Positions 11,440 to 22,855 of a stretch of 64,000 bases of DNA are shown here, piece after piece (the first letter of the stretch is position 1; each line of letters begins with the position of its first letter). The notes under the pieces are model-generated. The model was not told the origin of the DNA. It did not search any database and was given only the letters and a program-made list of their open reading frames with translations. Position numbers and translations under genes: made by a program. Where the stretch lies: NCBI GenBank assembly GCA_039545335.1, contig BCIN01000006.1, positions 1,054,001 through 1,118,000 of the forward strand, read 5' to 3'. Origin of the DNA: Kondoa subrosea. Taxonomy: Eukaryota.

Positions 11440-13690
11440 ATGTGCGGCATCTTTGCAGCTGTACGCTTGTCTCTTTCCAGTACAACCAAGGCTGCACTGA
11501 GCTCCTGTATAGCACAACTATGATGGAGACATCGCAGCGTTCAGACCAAGAGCAGTAGCGCTTTCCAAACGTATTCGACACAGAGGTCCAGATTGGTCAG
11601 GCTGCGTAACTACAAAAGACTCTATCCTATGTCATGAACGTTTGGCTATCGTTGGTGTGGATACTGGAGCTCAACCATTAACTAACGAAGATGGTTCTTT
11701 GGTTCTCGCTGTCAATGGCGAGATTTACAACCATAAAGTACTGAGGAAAGGTCTCAAAACTCCTGCTGTTTTCAAGACTCATTCAGATTGCGAAGTCATC
11801 ATGCATCTTGTCAGTAATGGTTGACCTTTTCGCAGAAACTCTGCTGAAAGTAATCTGTACGACAGTACAAAGAACATGATCTAGCGGCCTGCGGAATGCT
11901 GGATGGCATGTTCTCCTTCGTATTACTTGATACCTCCGTCTCTCCATCACGCCTTATTGCTGCCCGAGACCCAATTGGTATCACAACTCTTTATCAAGGC
12001 TGGAACTCCAAATCGCCTCGAACTGTCTACTTTGCATCTGAGCTCAAAGCTCTGCACGACGAATGCGACAACATCATTTCTTTCCCTCCTGGTCATGTCT
12101 ATGATTCAAAAACAGGCAACATAGAAAGATACTACAACCCTTCTTGGTTGCAAGAAGATTCGCCTATCCCTACTACTCCTGTTGATCTAAAAGCAGTAAG
12201 GGAGACTTTCGAAATGGCAGTCAAGAAAAGGTTGATGGCTGAAGTCCCTTATGGTGTTTTGTTGAGTGGTGGATTGGATTCAAGTTTGGTTGCTGCTATT
12301 GCTGCGAGGGAAACGGATAAAGTTGCAGAAGCTCAATCTAGAGGAAGGAGTGAAAGTAGGAAACCAGCTCATCTCAACGGGATGGATGGAACAGTTGGGT
12401 TAGAGCCAGACGCAAAAGGTCAGCTCCATCAAGGATAATTCAGCCTTTGTGCTGATTTTATGAATTGGTTCTGACAGAAGACGAAGCGGAACAATCGCTT
12501 ACAGCTTGGCCAAGATTGCATTCTTTCGCTATCGGTCTTCCAAACTCACCAGATCTAATTGCCGCACGTAAAGCAGCCGATTTCCTTGGCACAGTGCATC
12601 ACGAATATACCTTTACTGTTCAGGAAGGTCTTGACGCTGTTCCGGATGTGATCTATCATCTGGAAACCTATGATGTTACTACTGTTCGAGCTAGCACGCC
12701 AATGTACTTACTCAGTAGGAAGATTAAGGCTATGGGTGTAAAGATGGTCTTGTCGGGCGAAGGTTCAGACGAGATCTTTGGTGGTCAGTAGAGCTACAAA
12801 CATAGTCACCTCAGCTGATTGTGTTCTATGCCTTCTGACAGGCTACCTCTATTTCCACAAAGCACCAGATGCGAAATCCTTCCATCAAGAATGCGTCAAA
12901 AGAGTCAAGAACCTGCATACTGCTGATTGTTTGCGCGCCAACAAATCGACCATGGCTTGGGGTTTGGAAGCTAGAGTTCCTTTCTTGGACAAAGCTTTCT
13001 TGGATTTGACTATGAACATCCGACCGGAAGATAAGACTTTTGGGAAAGGAGAAATGGAGCAGACTGATGCTGATGGCAAACCAAAGATGGAGAAGGTCGG
13101 TCCGAGAGAATAGTCTTTCAGCCTATCGCTGATGGACGCCCTTTCTGAATCCGACAGTATATTCTCCGTAAAGCTTTCGACTGTAACGCTTCAGACGGCA
13201 AGCCATACCTACCAGATAGCATCTTATGGCGTCAGAAAGAGCAGTTCTCGGACGGCGTTGGCTACTCATGGATCGACGGGTGAGTGCGATCTTCACTCTA
13301 TGCATCGTAGGCATGCTACAGAGCTGATTACATTCACAGACTCAAAGCTCATGCTGAATCAGTCGTATCGGACGAAAAGATGAGCAAGGCAGCAGGACGG
13401 TACCCAATGGATACACCTGATACCAAAGAAGCATACTATATTCGCGAATCCTTCGAAAGTACGTCTTTTGATCTTCGGTCGCCATGCTCTTTTGGCTCAT
13501 GACTATCGCCAGGCTGGTTTCCAAGTGACGCTGCAGCTCGAACAGCTGTACGATGGATTCCGCGAGCTGACTGGGGCTGCTCTAGCGACGTACGTTTACA
13601 TGGAAAGCGAACAGACCTGAAACTCATTGCTGTTTGTTCTAGCCATCTGGAAGAGCAGTCGATATTCATACAGCAACGACAGTAGAGTAG
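11440..13690 (+). CDS. ASN1: Glutamine-dependent asparagine synthetase
   Basis: MCGIFA N-terminal nucleophile Cys, [79 protein letters not shown]. Confidence 0.97.
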
Positions 13691-13784
13691 ATCAATTATG
13701 AGTAGCAAATCTTGGGGCAATTAGGGCTTTCTCATTATTAGATTTTGCATAGCTAGAATCTAGAGTCTATTATCAAGGGTACTA

Positions 13785-15848
13785 CTATAGATTAGAATAG
13801 TAATCTGGGAACAGAAGCGAAATGAGATGAGTAGAAGCAGATTTTGATTCCGAGCTTACCCTCTGCTCTCTCTATCGTTCGAACATTAGCAGAAAGCTTG
13901 TTGATGGTTTCAATGTATTCATCCTCTTCTATACTGTCGAAAACGATACCACCTCCTGCCTGCAGGTAAGCGACACCATCCTTGAAGGTCATCGTCCTGT
14001 ATCAAACATAAGCTTGGTCTTTCTGGATCTCAAGCACAGAATTGACCTGATTGCTATGCAAGTATCCATGCAGTCCGAAGCAAAGTCAAATCTACCGACT
14101 GCTCCAGCATAGACACCTCTTCTTTCTCCTTCTGCTTCTGCTATTAATTCCATTGCTCGAATCTTGGGTGCACCAGAAACTGTTCCAGCAGGAAATATTG
14201 AGCGGAAAGCGTCGAATCTGTCAGCGAAACAAAAGTCAGCTAGCTCTTACAGTGGGCGAGCCGACTGTGTCGGCCGACCTCGTTTTCCCAGCTCGTAAGA
14301 TGCCCGAAATCTGACTTGTCAAATGCATAACATGACTGAATTTCTCCACCCGCATCAAAGAATCCACTTTGACCGATTCCGGTCTGCATACTCTGTTGAC
14401 GTCGTTTCGTGCCAAATCGACAAGCATAACATGTTCTGCTCGATCTTTAGCTGATTCTTGTAGCGTTTTCGCATTCGCTTCATCCTCTGCCAAAAATGAA
14501 CATATGCAAATGAGAGACGAACGACTCTAATCAAAGCAGAGGATGTACCTGCTTGTGTTTTACCTCTCATTATCGTTCCTGCTATTGCATGATTGGTCAC
14601 GACCGACTTATCCACTTTGCAAAGACATTCTGGACTTGCTCCGACTAATTGTAGACCAGATCCGCAATTGAGGTAGAACATGTATGGCGAAGGATTGATC
14701 TGCCGTAAATATCTGATGAAGCATTAGCCATTTAAAGCCGAAACCCTTTAGGGAAAACGCACCGATAAGCATTAAAAGGGTGTAAGGCTGTTGGTCTAGC
14801 CAATCGTTGTGAAGGAACAGCTTGAATGATATCTCCCTTGACTATATGTTCCCTCATCCTCGTTACATGAGCTTCGTATCCTTTTTTACCAATATTAGAT
14901 TCCGCTTGAGGTCTTTCTTTCGGTATCGGTTTCTGTTCTGGTAATGGTAAAGCTTCGGAAGAATTGATTTTAGCTGCTAAAGAAGAGATTTTGTCTTGAG
15001 CTTGAAAGTATTTGCTTGCTATTTCTTCTTTAGTACAGGAAGAAGCGTTAGGTAGAAAGACTTGAGAGACGAGATTGACAGTTTGGAAAGGATGATCAAA
15101 GACTACGAAAGCGTCTGTGATCATAAAGAAACTTTCTGGAATGCCTAGTGGATCTTTAAGATCTCGAGCTGTTTTAGGTTCGAAGAATCGGATGCAGTCG
15201 TATGCAACATAGCCCACAGCTCCGCCTGTCAGGCGAATAGGCTTGATAAGCTTCGAAAGCTGATCAACTTGTCTCGCTGACCTAGGAATGGAGGTGCGCC
15301 TGGTACATCAATTGTTCTGTACTGATCTAGTTCCTGCTGTAATATCTTGAGAGGATCACCTTGGAATTCTTGCTTCTCTCCGGTTCGGATCTCCTTGAGA
15401 GAGTCTGCTCTTTGGGTGAGCTAGCATTAAGAATGCATTACATGACTGAACTCACTTGCTCCAACGAAACTATATCTGCTTTGATGGCTCCCATCCACGA
15501 TAGATTCCAGCAAGAAACTTCCGGGTGAATCTGAATTGATCGGTGCACCATTGGTCAAGCGAAGATAAACAATGACAGGCGTGAGGATGTCTGCTGGAAT
15601 AGCTGCATAAACTGGAACACAATTCCCTTGACCCGATTGCAATAGAGTGGTCACTTCTTCCAGTGAAGGTTTGAGTTGTAACGCCTTGTTCTACAATAGC
15701 ACAGAGCACACAGAATGGAATAAGCGAAAGATGTTCGAATGCTATGATTCGAAATTTTGGACAGCCTATCAAGGGGATTGGGCTGAAGCGGAACATGACA
15801 GAGGACCAGATAGGCGGTAGGAAACGGATGATTCACCTTGCCAGCCAT
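13785..15848 (-). CDS. TRP2: Anthranilate synthase component I
   Basis: ADILTPV-x-x-[87 protein letters not shown]. Confidence 0.96.
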
Positions 15849-16130
15849 GCTGCTGCAGAAATAATTTGGATGTGTGTTGTCAAGCTTCGACGAATGAATG
15901 CTGGCAATCTCTCGGGACCTGCTGCCACTCAACACGGACTCGCTGTATGCTCTCAGACGGCTCTAAAACTCTGTACGACTCGCCAATGATCAAGCTTGTC
16001 CTGTCACATTAATGTTCTCGTGTAACCGGTGTAACGCGTTTCGCTGCTCGTACTTCTTTCTCTTCGCACGCTATGGGTATGCTCAAGCTGTACTTCAAAT
16101 CTACCTGCACTCCTACACTACCCTAATATC

Positions 16131-17539
16131 TCATGTGAAGCATACAATCCCGATCTATATGACAAAATGAGCATGTAGACGGACAGGGAAGCATAGAAAC
16201 TGACCATCGCCCAAATACCATGCATGACATTATGGCTGGCAGCAGCAGACAATTGAATCTGACCGTGTGCTTGCGCGGCGTTTATCAATTGATTTGCTTG
16301 CGGGCCAAGCTGATTCGCCCGCACTGTCGGCGATGTCTCTGCTGGCTGCGAGACATCCTGCTTGAAAGGTCGTCTGCTGCCTTGTCCTCGCGACACAGGT
16401 ATTGTCGTCTCATCGAAATCGGGCGGTGCATTGATACTTGGCTCTGCAGCTATAGAACTGGCTTGAGCTCCTTCTGTTTGACTTGTTCCGCTTGTCTCGC
16501 GAGTCTCGTCCTGTTTGTCGCCCGGAATTGCGTTAGCCTTGATCATAGGGATCCCTGGTTCTTGTATATCAACAATTGATATATGGATAGATAAGATGTT
16601 GTATCGTACCGTTTGCTCCAGTTTGCAAGAGGTCCTGAGGTATGCCTTCATAAGATGTGAGGTTGCCTCTGAACGGTTCTTTAATCTGAGTCAAGAGAGT
16701 TGGATCATCTTCATCGCTGTCAGATCCAGTTATTTCGTATTGGAAGCTTTCGATATGTCAGTCAATAAGATGGAGTCCAGTACAAGAGGACATACCAGGT
16801 CAAATATTCGCTTTTGCCTTGTATAACAGCTGCAGTCTATCATTAGCGAGAACAGCTGCGGATGAAGATGTACACTTACAATCCCAATCTCCAATCCACT
16901 CCCACTGCCAGACGAATGTCTTTATTCCATTGCCTAATCCTTTGGGCACAACAAAATTGCCAAAGCATGCGATGTCCGGATTACTGCCGCCTGTCATTTC
17001 GAGTCCATATGTATTCTTCTCGCAATTGTTCCAGTTGAGCTCTTGTAGAGGAGTCGTAGAGAAGAGATCTGTATCTGGGTTGTCGTCTGGACTGTACCAG
17101 ATATAGGCTTGCGTCTTTCCTGAAGGTTGGTCGCCTAAATGGCAATGCTGATTACATCTACCAGAAGGCTCGCGTAAGCTACAATCTGGCAAAGTGTGAC
17201 AGCACGACTATACGGCCAAACCAGCTTCTTGACATCGCCAGGAGAGACTTTCACTGGTGCTGTTCCAGCATCAGCTGACCAGTCCGATTCGTCGTTTGGC
17301 CGAGGTTGTCTACACAGCTTATCTGGTCCGTTCTCCATTTGATAGGCAAACTTCTTGCCTCCACTATCAAGTTGGATTAGAGCTTGCTATCTGGGAGGAA
17401 TAGCTCACAAGTTTGGGTGATAAGCGAAGCCAACTTCCTTGTCGCATGGACCTGACCCATCCCAGTCAACGCATGAGAGTAAAGAATGAGCGAAGGTATA
17501 GCCGATAACGATGCCTGATACAAGGGCCAATGCGAGCAT
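16131..17539 (-). CDS. Secreted, probably GPI-anchored, N-terminal-His LPMO-like (copper His-brace) protein of unassigned family
   Basis: Hand-spliced 7-exon model: MLALALVSGIVIGYTFA|HSLLSCVDWDG...VKVSPGDVKKLVWPCNQHCH...CFGNFVVPKGLGNGIKTFVWQWEW...SEYLTCFQYEITG, then a low-complexity linker and ...SAAASHNVMHGIWAMIGIVCFT*. Confidence 0.7.
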
Positions 17540-17977
17540 CGTGCAACCTCTCGCTTCGGCGTCTCACAAGCAGAAAAGTGAGGAATGACTTCACTATCTA
17601 TGGTGCTCATGACTGACGCAATGCTGTATTGCGCTCACATATCCTTTGATCATTAGGACAGAACACGTCGAAGAAGCGTACATCTCGATGGAAGACTGAC
17701 AAAGGATAGCAACAATAAATGAGCCCTCAATGTAGGAAACATAGTAGAGACTGGGCATGCATTCCTCCCGGTACGTATAGAAGGAGGAGGGCAGGCAGAG
17801 ATAGTGGTACAATTATGGATTCGCAGAATCGATTATTGCGAAGAATACAATTGCCGTGCAGCATGAAGGGCATAGTCTGCTCTATTTAGGCGGAAGCAAG
17901 TATTTTCTAGAAAACCAAAGATAGAAAAGGAACGACGTGCAAAGTACAACAGGAAGAAGAACAAATACAAAAGTGAC

Positions 17978-20864
17978 CTAAATTCTTCCAACAGTGGCTA
18001 GTTTAGCAAAGCTTCGCTTGCTGGGTGAAGTCTTGCTAGGCGAATCGAGGAGTCCAGAGAGGAAAGATGTTCCAGGTAAGGTTTGAGATAGAATTTCTGA
18101 CCCATTGGCTTTTAGGCTGTCGAAAACGGATGAGGTGCCAGATGCGCAAGTATCGCAGAAGATGGCCAGCTTGGCAACTGATGTTGGTAAGGGAATTTGA
18201 GCAGGATCTCTGCAGCCAAAGATCAGCTCAACTGTGAAATATTCAATATAGATACGCACATTTCGGCCGCCTCAGGGTCGACAGGACGTAACACATCTTG
18301 CACCGCTTCCGCTTCAACCTGTACCTCTGATTCCTGAGTAACAGGCAATTGAAAGGCTTGAGCCGAAGTCGCAAAGGAGAACACTTCTGCGCCTTTCTCG
18401 ACATTGACTGGCAGAGGGAGAGCTCGAGCTTGTTTGAAGACTAGAGGACTAGTAGATGGTGAGAAGGTAGCTTGAGCTATGGGAGAAAAGGTTTCTTCCT
18501 TCAAATATGGCGAAGGTAAAGAGACTTGGGCATCTTCCTCTTCTTTGGTAGGTGGAAGAGGTATAGCTGTAGGATCAATCTTCGCAGGAGTTTGAATCTT
18601 GATGGCTTCTTTTTCTGCTACTATTGTCCCAGCCAATTCCATTTGAGCTGCTTCTTCGACCGGCTGCTGTTCAAACTTCTCTGCCTTATCCACAAGAGTC
18701 ACCTCACTCGCACTCTTGCTCATCGCACCAAGCTTCTCTTTCTTAGCTTGCCTAGATTCTTCCAACTTCTTTCTCTTTTCTTTCGCTTCTTTAGCTTTCG
18801 CATCACTTGCAACCGTACCACGATCAAAGATACTTCCACCAGCAGTTGCTTTCCTCGTTTGAGAACTAACAATTTTCTTTCCTTCTTTGACCAATTTCGG
18901 TTTAGCAACAGTCTTCTTGCTTGGAGAAGGAATTGGAGGAAAGGTAAGGTTTGCGAAAGTAGCAGGGAGTTCAGGTAATGGTGGTGCTTCCTTCTTGTCT
19001 GCTTGTTGTACTGCTGTCTTGTTCGAGACAGATCGAGAAGTAGCTCTTGAAGGCGATGAAGAAGGATTAGGTCGTTTAGGTTTGAAGCTAGCCGAAGCTT
19101 TGTTGGTTGTACTGACAGTAGCAGAAGATGTAGATGAAGACAATCCTTCTTTCTTTGAACCAAGAGGACGAGAAATGGGCGCTCGACTTGCTGTAGTAGA
19201 GGTTTTCAGTTCATCTTTCGAGGTCGACGCCTTCAAATTTGGCTTCGGAGCTGTTGTTGAGCGAGTAGCTGTCGGTTTTGCTGTAAGTGACGATGTGCTG
19301 GTTGCCAGAACTGGAGCAGAAGTAGATGCGGACAAAACGTTTGCTGGAGTATTGTTAGTCATTGCTCGACCAGGCGCACGTCGAGGCTTGAAAGAAGCTG
19401 CTCTGGAAGGATTTGGATTAAGACGAGATGGACCTGCCGTTGATGATTCTCTAGACTCTTGCACTGGTGATAATGCACTTGTTTGTTGTTCTGCTACAGA
19501 CGAAGAGGGTAAGAAATTGAAGGCAGATCCGAATGAAGGGACAGAAGCTGGCATTGGTAAAGGTGTCGAAAGAGGTGTGATCGCTGTCGGTAGCAAGACA
19601 TGAGATACGGAAGCTGTGAGACCAGGCCGAACAGGCGCTTCGGGAACATTGTACGAGGAAGTTGTAGGTGCAAAGAGATCGTCGAGGATAGATGTAAAGG
19701 GTGCTCGTTTCTCTTGAGCAGAGGCAGGTTTCGAGGGAACAGCTTCCTGCTGACTGTTGGTCTTTTGATGCTGAGGTTTCGGCCGCTGAGGTGCTTTGGC
19801 TACTTTGACAGGCGAGGTACGACCCGATGTTGGGCCGTTTTCTTTAACTGAGGCTGAAAGAGGTTTGATCTGCGGGCGTTCTGTTTTCTTTGCAGCCGGT
19901 ACTTGTTTGCGAGGTTTGAGAGGACTCGAAGCCGAAGCTTTGACTTTGGCAAAGAGCTTAGTAGGAGACATGCGGCCTTTGTCTATATTCCCGCCAATAG
20001 CTGGCAAATTGAGATATTTGCGCATGACTGGGGTCAAGGGGGCTGAGAAGCTATAATAGTCATTTTAGTGTATTCCGAGAATGTGAGCAGGCCGAGACGT
20101 ACGCATCGACTCTGTCACTCCATTCGACTTTGTAGATGTTCCAGATTGATCTTCCAATTTCGCGAATCTTGACTTCTTTGTCGACAGCGGCTTTCCTGAT
20201 GACTTCTTCCACCAAATGCAAACCACCTTTCCGCTCAATTGCTTCTTTCTCGATGAGTAGACCACCCGATGAAGGATGTTTTGAAATGACTTCCAACATC
20301 GCTTCGGCGCAACCTTTTCTCACGGTCGATGACTTGTCGTTCATGCCTTCAGCCAGATAAGGTAAAATGCTCGATAAGTGAGTGTTATGGATGATAGCTG
20401 AGATGCAAGATTGCGCCCGTGAGATATAGAGTTTATTGGTTCTTGCTAGCAATCTGAGTATCGTAGGAAAGTAGATCTGGATCAAAGGTTGAAAAGAAGG
20501 ACCTAATCGAGTTGCAGAAGACATCAAATCTAAAGTAGCGCCAGATAGTCTTGTACGCTCTGTGATGAGACAATTGGTGATGCGCTGTATCATGTCCTTG
20601 TCCTTGAATGCAGCGATGAATTCGTCTGCGAATTTGCAAGCTCCACCACGGATCGCCAAAGTAAAGCGTCGTACGGCTGCTTCAATCTTCTCCCATGTGT
20701 GCTCATCTTCAGTCAATTCGAGCACATTCGTCAGATACGATAGCTCAGATTTCAGCTGTTTTCGCTGCGATTTCAGCTCATACTTCGTGAAATACACTTT
20801 GACTGACCTGTGCAATGGAGTCTACATTGACCTTGTCCTTTGCGCCTTTCTGAGAGGGAGCCAT
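17978..20864 (-). CDS. CLASP N-terminal (TOG/HEAT) domain protein, Stu1-like, with long basic Ser/Pro-rich tail
   Basis: EDEHTWEKIEAAVRRF, CLITERTRLSG, PTILRLLARTNK, GMNDKSSTVR, AAVDKEVKIREIGR are CLASP_N motifs. ~600 aa of disordered basic sequence follows. Confidence 0.85.
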
Positions 20865-21359
20865 AAAAAAGTAAACAACGCGAGATGTCTGACAAATCTA
20901 GCGATGTTCCAGGCTAGAGCTGCTCTGGTAGTGTATCTGAGGCGTATAGAGCGAGGTCTACCACTTTCCTGAAGCTTCAGAAGGATATATAGGTCGTGGC
21001 AGAAAATCAACCAAGCAATTCTTCCACGAGAAGGTCATCGAGCAACAGCCCTGATCTTATGCTATCATCATCTTCGTGTCATCACTGCTTCTATATCTAG
21101 TATAGCCAGCGCTGCATCTTTTGTCCAGGTCTTCTTGTCTGGCTACTTCAAAGCATCGCAATGACAATCTTTCTCTAGCCTCTGTCCAACTGAATGCCTT
21201 GCATTGCCTTGCTATGCTCTTGTTAGTCTATATTGCTATGTATGCTTGACAACTGTATAGTCTTTTCTGAGTACTCTGCACCGCTTCTTCACGAAGCATT
21301 GCCTTTGAATTGCTGTCCCCGCTGTTTGCTTCTCTTTCCTGTCTTTTCCAATCTCAGAG

Positions 21360-22668
21360 ATGTCTGTCACTTTGACGTGCGAAGAAGCTCAGACTCTTCA
21401 GACTATACAAATCACCGCCTCAGCCGCTCCGATTGATCGTTTGCCAGTTGAACTCCTCGGTCTCATCTTTAATCGCTTAGCGCTTTGCGTCTCTTCCAAA
21501 GATCAACATCAGTCCCCCAATCCATCTTCGATTGCTCCATTAGCAGTTGTTCAGCGTTCATGGAGTGCCCCCATCCAAACGACTTTGGAGCGATACGTTC
21601 GACTGCATAGTTGTCGCCAGGTGTTGCGCTACGTGAAATGGATAGAGCAAAGGCCAAAGGCAGCTTCAAGATTACTTCGACTTGTGAAGTCATTTAACTG
21701 ATTGCTTTATGGTACGCTAATTGTTTTCGCATGACGCGATCAACGATTCAAGGATCTTCTTAGACAATTCTTTTGCAGTGGACGCCCTTCTCAGGATTCT
21801 TGGACTTGGCAAGAATCTGCGCTATCTCAAACTTGGCTATCTCCCTCGAGGGATTGAAGAGCACCTTGTTGAGAGGCTGTGCGATCTAAAAAGAATGCAA
21901 TACTTTGTATGTTGTATCGTAATGCGCAAGCTAGAAACTTATTGTCTTAATCTACAGGTAATGCAAAACAGTCATCATCACCTGCAACTCTCTTGGAATA
22001 AGGTGCTAGAAATAGCTCAAAACTGGCCTAAACTTTACAGCCTCGACATGTTTGGTTTTGCAAATACTTCTCTTGCTTCCACTCGGACTCTTCTACCTGC
22101 TAAACTTCGTACAATCTACCTAGCAGGTTCATCCTGCAGTGACAAAGATCTTCAGAATCTTCTAGCTTCTGTTCCTGCCGGTACTCTTCGCGAATTAGGA
22201 TTGAACTGGTGTCGCTGCCTGACAGATAAGGGAATCATCTCTGCTTTGAAGACTTATGGCGCACCTCTTCGAATTCTTACCCTTATCTCTTGGTCAATGT
22301 CAAGAAGTAGCTCACCTCCAGGCATCTATGTGATTGATGAATGCCTCAAATATCTTCCTCAGCTACAGATCTTGGATATGGAGGGTAGTTTCGCAAGCGA
22401 TCAGTTGTTCAATCAGAAAAATTCATCCTTGAATACGATCATGAGCAAGAACTGCTTCTTCTCACCAGAAGCTGTTATTCAAGGCATCGAGAATGGCAAC
22501 CTCGCAAGCCTGGTCAAACTGGGTGTCTGTTTGACAATGCTCAGAACAAGTTTGTGGCACAAGGAGCAAGCGACCAACGTCAAAGAATGCTGTACAGCTG
22601 TCGGGATCAAATTTCAGCATCACTGGTCTTTCAGCGAAGAGGACTTCGCAAAAGCATTAGACTATTGA
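21360..22668 (+). CDS. F-box / leucine-rich-repeat (RNI-like) protein
   Basis: IDRLPVELLGLIF (F-box start) followed by LRR-like repeats (LRYLKL, LRTIYL, LRELGLNWCRCLTDKGI, LQILDM). Confidence 0.75.
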
Positions 22669-22855
22669 AGCAGAAGGAACGATCAGTTTAATGTTAATTA
22701 TATATTGCATACAAAATGATACTAGAATAGCTTATGAGTAAACGTCAAAAAATGCAACCTAGAATTGTGAAGTAAAATGCTCAAACGACTGACCGCCCAA
22801 GAAAACGATACTGTGCTGCTTTCCTTCCCTGATTTCCCAAAGATGAACACGCCCT

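Noticed and set aside
16830..16840. Alternative TAG acceptor in the LPMO-like gene giving DYCSCY
   Set aside because: Too close to the CTAAT branch point and leads to an early stop; the CAG acceptor gives the EYLTCF strand and preserves the frame to the GPI-like tail.
18526..20056. Long plus-strand ORFs (e.g. 18887-19603) antisense to the CLASP-like gene
   Set aside because: Shadow ORFs of low-complexity Ser/Pro/Lys coding sequence. The same applies to most short alternative-frame ORFs in the track.
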